Below, in pieces: positions 38,341 to 50,557 of a DNA stretch of 64,000 bases. Position 1 is the stretch's first letter. Each line of letters opens with the position of its first letter. The position numbers and the translations under genes are program-made. The notes below the pieces were generated by a model, which searched no databases, was not told the origin of the DNA, and was given only the letters and a program-made list of their open reading frames with translations. This stretch comes from Perna viridis (Eukaryota). The DNA lies in contig CM074519.1 in assembly GCA_037379345.1 (NCBI GenBank), positions 124,001 through 188,000 on the forward strand. The letters are read 5' to 3'.

Positions 38341-40076
38341 GTAATGCACTGGCGAAATTGTCACTTCTGTTTTGCTTGCCTCCCATCCTTAGCCCAACCG
38401 AATTTGGCAGTTAGCGTTTTGGTATATTATTTTATTTAATGAAGCATAACCAGTTTAGGTAGAAGGAAATTAATAAAGACGAGCAGTAATTTAGAATTTG
38501 CTTTCAGATCTGGTAAAACAGAAAACAATGTTCATAATCTACTTTAAGAAAATGCTAAAGCAAATTGTATTAGAAATTTAACACTTCATAAGGGAATCAA
38601 TCTAAACCTTAACTATATCAACATCAACAACAAAACAAAGCCTTTTACAAGTACCATATAACGGCGAGTTACACACCAAGAAACAAACATTTTCTTGCAT
38701 CTGTAGTATAAAGATTTTAGTGACAGTATAAACTAACGATAATGTCAATTATGAATGTAAGTGTACATTGAAGTGTTTTATAGTGTAGATAGAAGCTTGA
38801 TGAAACTAACATTGTTGCAACATCCAAGTATTGATTCATTTCTTTATTTTCACCTAAATATCTTAATTCAGCTAAATCTAAATCTAAATACTAAGAGCTT
38901 GTCAATATATGCAGACTTTGTATGGCGCTCGACATTTAAGTCGTTACTACAGACGTTGTGGTCGTCATTATGAACTCGTAGATTGTTACGGTGTATCCAC
39001 AGGTCCATGCTCTCAGGTAATAATGGAGTCCGAGTTGCTCATTTACTTTTTTATTTGTATGTACTATTTTGTTTATTTTATGTTCCTTGTTGTGTTTGTC
39101 TGTTTTCTATGTCAGGTCTTTGTCCCTTGAATACATTCTTTTGGTTTCCGCTAGAATCTTGGTTCTCTTGATTACTCTTATATTTGTAAGATCTGCTAAT
39201 CTAGTATCAGCTTAAGAAAAACGCATATTTTGTGAAAACTGCACTGATTTAAAAAAGTATTCTGATGTTGTTAAAAAGTTAAATTTTGAACAATAATTTT
39301 GTCGAACTTGGAGAATAGTTTTTTCAGCAGATCATTTGACTACCTAATGGAACCAATTTTGAACAACTCTTCGTTGATTTTTTTAAATTTTTGTATGAAA
39401 TCAGGTTTCGCTATTTTACTAGGGTTACTACAGAAAAAGGAGAAGTTAGTCCTAGTTTTTCAATTTCAGTTTCCGTCATATAGACAGATACATGTAATCA
39501 TATCTGAAAAAAAACATTATTATCAGGATTACTTATATTTTATTTTTCCAAACGAACGACATTAATCTTCTTCTGTTTCATACCGCATAAAGTTATGATA
39601 AACATAATGATTTTGAATTTCAAGCCTCAATAGTCACATTACAAGTGAGTAAAATCTGGTAAGTATTAAGTTCGGTTGGTTGTCAAATCGAGACGATATG
39701 AAATCTGACTGCAGATGTCTTTTCTCATTTGTTAGATAATTTTCATTTTGATCAAGCAAATTGTTATAACGACCAGAAAACTTCTGTAGTATTGATATCA
39801 ACAAAAGGTTCAACATACCACTACCAGCTTGTTAATTTGACCGTGTCCTGGTTCTATAAAAAGTCAGTATACATATTCCAGGCAATACAATAACGGATCA
39901 AATGTAGTATTGACTTGAAATGTTGATTTAATGCCACGAAGATAGGGAAAACCCAGAGGACAAAATCATCATGTTCGTCATAGCTAACATAAAGGTAGTT
40001 GAGTATGCAAAATATTGTTTTACTATCATGAAGCTTCATAAACAGGAATAATGTATTTATTTCATATTCTTCTTGT

Positions 40077-42424
40077 TTATGCGATACAGCAGTAACAGCT
40101 ACCACAATAAAGCAAACAAGGGCAGCCTATACAATAAAAAAAATGAAAGTTAGTAGCATTGCATATGAGACTTAAAACTAAGTAAAACGTCTGTTGATAT
40201 GCTAATTATAACAACCTTCAAACTAAAGAAACATGTGTCTCCTTATTTTGATAAATGGAATGTATTTGAAAGAACAGCTCCTAAAATCAAATACCTTTTT
40301 TAAACACAGTTTGAATTATAAAGAACGATTTGTAGAAAACGCATAATTACTTGTACTTGATAGATGGAATCGAAGTTTTTAAACTACTCCTTCGGTTTGC
40401 CGAAATGTTATATACTTACTACAAAAAGGTGTATTTATTGCTAATTCAATATAAAATGTATTATGGCATTTATGGAAATAACTTAAATACAGAGGCAATG
40501 GTGATTAGTAAAAATATGGCGATACTGAATTATTCGTTTTAAATAACAAAATTTTTGCATTTATATTGTTGAATAAAATCTCGAGAAGATGTTATGTCGC
40601 ACGAGCTTGCGAGCGAGCAATATCATGTTCTGTGAGGGGAAATATTAACCAATATAAATGCAATACACCTTTTACTGTATAGTACGAATATTCCAAACAT
40701 TACTATGCCTTTTTATTATCCTTTGGAGAGATGTATGGGCAATAAAACCAGGTAAAACACGTTTGTCTCTACTCTGTCACTTTTATACTTCCAGTAGTTA
40801 CAATATTTACGATGAAAGATTTATTATAATTGTTAATTTCTGTACACTGAGAAAGGCTACTTTAACAGTGATAGGTTTCGGGAAGGTGATGGCAATAGTT
40901 CCAGGAAACCCCCTGAATCCGGAATTGATTCTTTTACAAATTTATTCAATATTGAACATATCTACTAGTACTTCACATTTCAACTAGTTTAATATATGTA
41001 ACACTACCATTTTTTCTCTCATTCGTCCATTAACTCTAAAATTAATGTCAGTTAAAATTAATCTCAACAAATGAAATGCATTTTATCATGATCGGCATCC
41101 GAAATTTTTCGTTGACATTTGATAACAATGCTATATTATCTGAGGAAATTTCGGATCGGAACGCACATGTACAAGGACTTGTTATTCGAGGGCTAATATT
41201 GGACAAGTGATACAGTAAACAATGGGAGAGTATAACGGCACACTCGGTTTTTTATCAAGTACTTTTTTTATATCGTGAAGATTTGTACAATTTTATTTGG
41301 CTGTATTTTCTGTACAAAACTGAAAATCTTGGTATGCTCTGTATTTGTATACATACAATAAACAGATATACACGTCCAAATGACCGCTTGATTGTCTGAT
41401 TGTACAAACTCTCCGAGAAATCCAGCAACGAAATGATAGAGAATTCCAAGAAAGGATGTGAGTAAAGTTAGCAATGTGATAAAGGATGTGATATCAAAAT
41501 GTTTGATACAAGTCAAATATTTTTTAGTCTTTATTAGACATTCAATACTTCTTTATTACACTACTGACTATATGATAAAATAATATATATTGCACGGTTA
41601 TTACTTCAGATTTGTTTTTTGAAATTAAAAAGCAAATTATTGTAATTCAATATATTGGTCAATTTTAAACCTGCACATTTACCAATTGTAAGTTAAGAGC
41701 AAATATGGAAAGACAATGTTACAAATAAATGGTTATGTTGATGATTGTACTAACCTATAGTAGGAATATCTTGAGTTTTAGCTGGTGAATAGCAAATGAC
41801 CAGAATGATACTGAAATAAAGACTCATCGTCATAACCAAAACCATTAAATTCCTCAGCAATTCGATAACCTATAAAATGAGTAATTTAGAAGACTTTGGT
41901 GATATATATATTCAAGTTATTTCATGTAATAATTATGGTTTTCAAACTCGTTTGTATAATTTGTTTTACTTATAAAAGATTTTTTTTAAAGAATAATATT
42001 ATATGATTTCCTGAATTAAATTTTAAAAGTTTTCGCTTTGGATTATCTGTATTGAGTCTTATGGATTTTTTTAGATTGAAAGCAAAATATTGAATTTCCT
42101 TTTGACACAAGGACACATAAACTTGAATAAAGACCCTCTGCGAACAGATGTGAAAGAAAGGAATTCATTAAAAAGCAGTTTTTTTGTATTCATTTGTTAG
42201 CGAAAAAAATGCTTTAAGTACTGAAACTTGAAATTTTTTACACTCCAAAATGTTTAAATCTTTTTTAACCCGTACATGAAAAAAAAATACACTCCGGATG
42301 ATTTTTTTTCTTTATTTTAAAGTACACAAGTAGAAGTGTCAAGATTACTAACAATTTCGATAGAAATGTATTAAAGTTACTAGAGTGCCAGCTCTTTTAC
42401 TTATATAATCTGTTTACTTACCAT
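40077..42424 (-). CDS. Small secreted cysteine-rich peptide gene 2, 55 aa: join(42422-42424, 41755-41869, 40077-40126) = MVIELLRNLMVLVMTMSLYFSIILVICYSPAKTQDIPTIGCPCLLYCGSCYCCIA*
   Basis: accATG|gtaagt; ttttatag|115-nt hydrophobic exon|gttagta; ttttttttattgtatag|Cys exon with TAA; AATAAA at 40056-40061; same architecture as gene 1. Confidence 0.82.
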
Positions 42425-44462
42425 GGTTTTTCAGATATTGAGCAACTTTATCTAAACATAGATATAAAACTCCGTTATTCTTGTCTACATACACAAATGT
42501 AATTATGTACTTATTTAAACTATTTAAATAGTTTCTGAACATGACTGTTAGACTGGATGGGCAAGCAACATATTTAGTTCTTAAAATGACAGAGCAACTC
42601 GGACTCCACTAAAAACTGGGAGCATGGACCAGGTGCACCGGTAGGGTAAACGTCCTCTGTTTTTCTAGAAACACCCGCCGAGTTGCTAATAAAAATCAGA
42701 TTCGGGGTAGACGAAACAGGAAAGGAAAACTATGACACATTGAACAAAACCAAAATGACAAAGGGTGCACTATACAATTACTTTTAGGCGCACTGTTCAT
42801 ACATCAAGTTGACTCGGTCTAATTTAATAAAACTTGAACTTTGAAATTTGTTAGACTTATTGATGAAATGTATTTAGCATTTATGCATATACTGATGTAA
42901 TATATGTGATGGTAAACAAGTCAAATTTAAATGAAGAAATGTATTTGATATGCTTTAGAACCCAGCAGTATTAGATTTGCTCCTCAAAAACAACCAGCTG
43001 ATTTTCAAAATACCTTATTTTGCATGAACTTTAGGAACTAAAATTGCGAGAAAATGAATTCAAAAGGGTGTTATTATTTTTACATTTTTTAACCTCCTCA
43101 AAACATGCTTTCATCCTTTGCTGGTTTCTAAGTATGTGGTATTTTAAAAAAGCAGAGTATTTGGCTGCTAATTTTTGAAAGGCACCCTTGATTTGAACTA
43201 AAACTCAGATATATTTTTCGGATTTTTATGACAATATTCACTCATGTATTTACAGATTATTTGAACATCCGCACACCAAGGTTGAGTCAACTGTGTACTT
43301 TTGATGCAAAAAGCAAAAAAACTTGAAATTTCTGTTTTGACTGCCTCAAAACAGCTTTATTTCAACAAATTGAGACCACATTTCCAGAACTGACCTAACC
43401 GTATAGTACTTTCAAAGTCCATTTTTTGCTATGTGAAACATAAAATTGGTTTGCATCAAATTCTAGGATAAAAGATGCAAAATGGGAACATGTTATGAAG
43501 ATTCTGGGAATATTCATCCAATTTTTATTACATGGTATAAGAGAAGTGACGGATAAGAGATGAGTCCCCCATGTCCCCGTATTAATAAATGATTAAGCTC
43601 ATGTTTTTCTATGTAAATCCGCCAAATTGACTGGGATCAACATCTTAAAAAGGAGGAACAAAATGGGAGCAGGTAATAAGGATTCTTGGAAAGTTTCATC
43701 CAATTTTCAATATATGGTAGGGGTGACCGATAAGAGATGGGTCCGCCCCCTGTGTAATGGAAAGAAGAACGAATGGAAGGACCATCGGATGGACACCTCT
43801 ATTAATATTTACCCCTTATTTTGCAAGCAGGTATAAAAAGGCGACAAAGAATAAATCAGCTCCCAATAACAGACTGATCGGAGCATACGTTCATAGTTAT
43901 CGAGTAAGTTGCAGGCTTTTTATGATCTTCTGTGGCAATTATTTTAGTGTTTAGCTTGTGCCCAAACCTTATGCTGATGAGACACAGTTCTTGTGTGTCC
44001 TTTATCTCGTTTGTTCTATTACAGATGCATATTACAGACCTCAATGGGAATTGTAACTATAAATACTGCACTTCTTGCATTGAAATCTTCAAACGGTGAT
44101 GCTTTAGAACTGCTTTCTGGAAAACGAGCAATTTTATCATGAATGTAACATAGTTTACCGGAATGGAAAGTAACCACATTTTTGCATCTCTTTTGACATA
44201 ACTGGGGCAAAGACTTGACCTTTTATTCCCAATCTTTCCTTGCATTTTAGTATATTGAAAGTCGCATGGTCATAGTTAATATCGAATTGAAACTAGTGTA
44301 CTGCTGTTCATGAAATATAATTTGATGTATGCAGTAAATGTAGGAATTTGCGAAATGAAAAATGTACCATTAGAAGTTATCTTACCTGTGAAAAGCTAGT
44401 GTTCTTAATAGAATAAATACGCAGGACACGTCATCTGTTCCTTTGTATGGTATTGAAATAAC

Positions 44463-44464
<2 letters not shown>

Positions 44465-44526
<62 letters not shown>
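44465..44526. repeat. (AT)n microsatellite
   Basis: Uninterrupted AT run of about 62 bp. Confidence 0.95.
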
Positions 44527-44529
<3 letters not shown>

Positions 44530-45506
44530 GTATGCTAATCGATGTAAAATAACAACATACCTTTCTGCAAAAAGAAATTATAATTCTATATAATTTACTA
44601 GAAAATTCAATATAGCTCAAGTTAATACCAGATTATGTTTTTTAACTTAAAGATTTACGTTTCAGTGTATAAAGGCATATTTTCTTAATTCTCGGTTTAG
44701 TTTCAGTATTCGATAATAAGTTTTTTTAAAAATCTCACTACCAGGTTGTGTATCAACATTGTCATAATGACTCAATAGTAATGGTCGTCACTATAGACCA
44801 TTTAAATGACCTTATCAATAGGGTTTTCTATAGTAAAATATGCACTCGAGCGGAGCATCTGTGAGGAGCAGTTTCCAACACAAACAACTGTTTTTGCATT
44901 GTGATGACTATAATTGATTTTTACCCGTTATAACTGTTGTACATGAAGAGGGTTTTACCTTTTATGACAGCATCTGTTATAATTTGATTGATGTATTTAG
45001 TTCAGTTATCTATCTTTCGATAACAACGCGTCTAAAGAGTAATCAAGGGACCCAAGGTTGTAGCGGTAATCACAAGAACGTAATCCAGGGACAAAGACCA
45101 GACATGCACAACAAAGAACATAGAGTAACTAAAATCATACATACAAAGTAACAAAAGCAAATGAGCAACTCGAAATGATAGAGAATTCCAAGAAAGGATT
45201 TGAATAAAGTTATCAATGTGATTCAGGGATTTGATAAATGATGTGATATCAAAATGTTTGATACAAGTCAAATATTTTTAGTCTTTATCAGACATTCAAT
45301 ACTTCTTTATTACACGACTGACTATATGATAAAATAATATATATTGCACGGTTGTTACTTCAGATTTGTTTTTGAAATTAAAAAGCAAATTATTATAATT
45401 CAATATATTGGTCAATTTTAAACCTGCACATTACCAATTTTAAGTTAAGAGCAAATATGGAAAGACAATGTTACAAATAAATGGCTATGTTGATGATTCT
45501 ACTAAC

Positions 45507-45618
45507 CTATCGCAGGATTATCTTGAGTTTTAGCTGGTGAATAGCTAATGACCAGAATGATACTGAAATAAAGACTCATGGTCATAACCCAAACCATTTA
45601 ATTCCTCAGCAGTCTGGC
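45507..45618 (-). pseudogene. Third copy of the cysteine-rich peptide signal exon (ARLLRN*MVWVMTMSLYFSIILVISYSPAKTQDNPAI)
   Basis: 45171-45610 closely duplicates 41428-41860; TTA to TAA at 45598-45600; no cognate ATG exon or Cys exon found; flanked by retroelement fragments. Confidence 0.75.
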
Positions 45619-46154
45619 CTATTTATATAATACAAAAAAACAATTTATTTTTTTTAAACAAGGCGAAAACAATTAATTGTTATGCAACATTTCAATTTGT
45701 TTTATGTTTTCTTATTTATGAGAAATTCCCAGAGAAAATACAAGATATTTTGTCTTAAATAGGAGAGATTCATCATGGTTTCTTTTCAGTACAAAATAGG
45801 TATTACAGTAAAACGTGAATCATCCAAAAACCTGTCTAAAGCAACACCTTCAAAATTAAATTTTTGTACTTTTTGTCAATATGAACACATTTTGGAACTT
45901 GGAAAGCCGAATACTCGTCTAAACCGAACCTATTTTGAAGTTCAATATGTTGATGTCCACTTTGTATGTATGTTTTTAGTTACTCTGTGTTCTTTGTTGC
46001 GTGTGTCTGTTTTCCATGTCTGGTCTTTGTCACTGGATTACATTCTTTTAATTACCGGTATAACTTTGGTTCCCTTGATTACTCTTATTTATAGAACATT
46101 TATCGATTTTGTTCTCCTTTTTCTGTCGTATGGTTAACAATTGTTTCTTCCGAA

Positions 46155-47289
46155 AGAGGACAGGAACACTATGACACGTTGAACAAATCAGTTTTCATGT
46201 GCAGATAGATACACCGTAACGATCCACGAGTTCATGATGACGACCATAAAACTTCTATAGTGATGACTTCAAACTTGTAGCAACATAACCCTTTTCCAGA
46301 AGCCTAATTGTAAGGGTTTAGCGCGATATAAAAAAGTCTGTGCAGTTATGGCAAGCGCTGGCATAACGTATGAGTTGTGATATGAAAACTCTATACACAG
46401 GTGCTGAAAGATGTAGCCAGGGATGAAAGGAAAGTTTCCAATTCTGAATGAAGTCATCATGTATGTCGTAAAGTTTGGTCAATTGTTTTCGTTTATCATC
46501 GATCTCTAAGTATAGGTCAATATATGAGGCTGACTTCACAGTATCTGTAATCCTCTATCTCAAGTTTTTTTGGGGGAAATGCGATGTATAAAATCCCCGA
46601 AACTAGGACTATATAAAGATAATACGTCATTTATATAGCGGAAACTCAGATTAAAGGATATAATTAAAGGGTAGTTCTTCTTTCGTATCAGATCAGCCAT
46701 AAAGTCAGTCTCATAAGAGCGAAGGAATAGGTCAGCATATTGAGGAGCACAATTTGTTCCAATCGGAATGTCGACCGTTTGTTGAAAACGCATCCACCAC
46801 ACTGGACAAATATGTTGTCGATAAAAAATTCCAACATTTTGCAAAGCGTCTACTTCTGTATATTTGGAAGATGATTTGGAATTATTTCTTAAAAAGTAAG
46901 AGGAATCTCTACCACGAACTATATATTTGCATATAGGTTTGTCGTCTTTTCTAGAGAAACAACGATGAATGATATTTTTAAGTCGGGATTTGAACTAAGT
47001 ATGGGGAATAGAAGTACACATTGTTGAAAAATTGTAGGTTTTAATGCTATTACATTCTGATAATAATCTTGAATAGGGGGTCTCCAGAAGATTTTTCGGA
47101 CTTTTCAGGATCCACATTGCATTAATACCACTACGGGAGTAACAAGTGTTGTGGCAGTACTGGAGACCCTCTACGACAGCTGTGAGTATAGCCGTTAAAA
47201 GCTTTGAAAGAGGTTTTGTGGTACATTTTGCAGTTCCAGCTATGTATCGTTGTTTTTATGGATTCTTGAGGAGTTTAGGAATCCAGTAA
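46155..47289 (-). mobile_element. Degenerate Penelope-like retroelement RT
   Basis: YWIPKLLKNP*KQRYIAGTAKCTTKPLS, QQTVDIPIGTNCAPQYADLFL, FRYINDVLSL, SASYIDL..TKLYD, FISQLIRYA, KFYGRHHELVDRY; several frameshifts. Confidence 0.85.
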
Positions 47290-47903
47290 TTCACAATCAT
47301 CGTCAAAGAGTGAGTAAGAGCGTCAAGTTATAAGACTGTAAATGCGGAAAGACGTGAAATATAATAGAAGATATATTGCCTTCCTGTGAGAAAGAAACTT
47401 CATATCTGTAAACCAATTTGTAATAATAGAAGCAAAGGCGTAAAACATCCCTGTCAAAAAGATTGTCTTTGGTATAAAATAAAACATTGATAATTCCTTT
47501 GTACTCTGTAATTTATGATAGTCGTATCAAATTTGAAAATTTGATGTGTTCATAGTATTCCCAAATATATATTTACAATAGCATAATTAGAATACTCTTT
47601 GTTTGATTTGTCGAAAACGTGATTGTATTCTATGTTAAGAAACAATTTTTTTTTTCGGTTTTAAAGCGCTTTGATATAAGTTAAACATGATGTAACAGCC
47701 GTCAATCACAAACATGACTTAACACATGTTTTAAAAAGTCTATATAAAATGTAGTTGACACATACACTAATCCAAATACATAAAGAGAATACAATTGGAG
47801 TATTAGAGGAATATCCGTATGATTATTGTTAATTGGCTTTATGATGGAGATATCTTACTACCACGCCTGAGGACTTACTTACAGAACATTTTCAACTATA
47901 AAC

Positions 47904-49500
47904 ATGCCTGTAGTTCAGTGCCCGGTACCAGATTGCGAGTATGAGACAGTCGATCTCGACCAACTGTTTCTGCAGCGGGTTCTAGTGAAGATTGGACTTA
48001 TTTCCTTTCTCGGTGGAAAGACTATGTTGAAGCCACTAAAATACAAGGCAAAGACCTCGTCATTCAGCTTCTTGAGTGTTGTGATGAATCTTGTCGTCGG
48101 GACTTCACAAGATCTGCTGGTGGTTCACTTGTTGATAAACCTGAACAAGACGTTCTTACAGCCATGCGTACACTAACAGTGAAAATACAATGGTTGCACG
48201 TGTAGCTCTCCATGGCATGACTCGGGATTGCGATGAGACAGTTCGATCATTTGGTGCAAGACTTCGAGGTCAGGCGGGGGTATGTAAATTAACAATGACA
48301 TTCTCGGGATGTGATCGTGATTTTGACTACACTCAAGCCATTTTACGAGGCGTACTAACTCGTGGATTAAGTGACCCAGATATACAATTAGATCTCTTGG
48401 GATACCAGGATATGACGCTGGAACAAGTCTATAAATCTGGCCAAGCAAAGGAATCTGGCAAACGCTCAGCCTCACGTCCTCTTGACACTCGGAGAGTAGA
48501 AGCCACCTCGAGCACATATAGCAGGAGGAAAATTGGTAATATGACCAAGGATACCCAAAAAACTGAAAATAAGGTGGAAGTATATGGATACTGTGGGAAA
48601 AAAAGGACACGGCAAGAATGCCCCATACATCGCATCAGGTGATGGGAACACAAGAAGGTTTGATGAAATACTGTCAATATATCCAGTATATCCTTTTCAG
48701 TGCGTCTGTGCTGATTATTTTCAATACAAAGGCGTCAATTATCTGATGGTTGTAGACAGGTATTCAAATTGGCCGATTATAGAACGGGCTCATAATGAAG
48801 CACAGGGCCTCATCGACTGCTTAAGGAGGACGTTTGTTACTTATGGAATACTGGATGAACTCTCTTCATCTGCTACGAGACAATTTCTTAAGACCTGGGC
48901 AGTGCATCACCGTCTGTCATCTGTCGCCTTCCCGCATAGTAATTGCAGTGCCGAAGTTGGTGTGAAGACAGTTAAAGGACTTATAAAGGACAACACTGGC
49001 CCACATGGCGAACTAGAAACCGATGCCCTACAGAGAGCAATATTACAATATCGCAATACTCCGGATAGAGATACAAAGAAAGCTATCCCTAAAAATGAGT
49101 GTGGTTGGACGTCCAATTCGCGATTTCATACCCATACTCCCAGGACGGTACCAACCGCATGATACTTGGCGTGATACTTTATTGAAACGAGAGGAAGCTC
49201 TAAGACATAGACACACGAAAGTTGCCGAGAAACTATTTGAACGTACCAAACAGTTACCACCTCTAGTCATCGGGGATCATGTGCGCATTCAAAATCAAAC
49301 TTGATCAAGTCCGTTGAAATGGGATAAATCAGGTCAAGTGATTGAAGTACGCCAATTCGACCAATACGTAATACGCAATGATGGATCTGGAAGGGTTACT
49401 CTTCGCAACCGAAAATTTCTCCGGAAATATGAGCCTGTTAACCGACAACATGAAAAGATATCTATTGACAATGACCTTAAATTTCGTGCCGCTCAAAGGA
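47904..49500 (+). mobile_element. Internally deleted Ty3/Gypsy LTR retrotransposon remnant (gag fragment joined to integrase)
   Basis: Gag-like ETVRSFGARLRGQAGVCK and CGKKGH knuckle remnant, then integrase [11 protein letters not shown]...VVDRYSNW...[13 protein letters not shown]...ILQYRNTP; no protease, RT or RNase H. Confidence 0.85.
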
Positions 49501-50557
49501 GTCAGATACTTATGTTTTTGTTGTGTTTAGATTCGCCTTTGTAGTACTAGTATTTCATCTAATTATTGCTTCTAGAAATTAAAAAAAATGGATTGTAAAC
49601 TAGAAGCTAAAATGATAACGGAATGAGTGGAATTCGAAATAAGAAATGCTATCACACCAGTCAAAGAAAATGATAAAAGATACTTTTAGACCAATCAAGA
49701 TTATCTGAAGAAATCGGTTTATCCCAAAAACAAACTGATTTTCATTGCAAGACCATTTTACTCAGCTCAAACTCTGATCAGTTGCCATAGAGTATTATGC
49801 TCATAAATTAATGCCCTTGCAAATATTTTACTTACTTTATGATAGCTGTACAACAAATAAGCCATATACAGAATATTTTTTATAACATTGGTAGCTTCTT
49901 ATTAGTTTCACGTTTTGTTTATATTATGACATAACACTTTGCTCTGTTTTATTACATCTTGATTTTATTTTAAGCATATTGGTTTCATCATATTACTTTG
50001 GTATATTTGTGCTATTTGAGATGTCAGACAGCCATGAGAATATGCTAAATATGTTAGGATTAAGTTGGTATATTTCCAATGATATGAATTCATTCTTCAA
50101 AATATTCAATTTGTATGTATTAATCTGTACCGATTTATTATTATTATTATTTTTTCGGAGTATTAGGGATGGACAATGGTGGATGGTGATACTTTCACGA
50201 AGGCGTAGCAATGTCAAATAAAAATAAATTTTGATTATTCATAACTTTAAGCTCCTCGTAGTCTTGCCCAAGGAATTTCGTTATTTCGCATCTTCGCTGT
50301 TACTAGCTTTTTTTTAATTTTAATTTTTTTCAAATTATGCTAATTATCGGAGCTAAGTGTCCGTTTAATCTGTCCCTATAGCAACCATCAAAATACGGAT
50401 GTGTTCTACTTATTCATAAAATGGGGCCACACTTTAATGATCCTTGTTGAGATTGTAACAGATAATCTGTTGCAAAATGAAAACGTCACGCACATGAATG
50501 GTCAAGTATATGTAAAATTCTGATTTTATTTCATTTCCTTCGGGAAATATTCCGTCT

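Noticed and set aside
39854-40105. 83-aa ORF (VAVTAVSHKQEEYE...) as a secreted protein
   Set aside because: It is an alternative frame over the peptide gene 2 Cys exon; the phase-1 frame matches gene 1.
44019-44245. Cys-containing ORFs as a further peptide or PAN-like exon
   Set aside because: No convincing splice sites or family motif.
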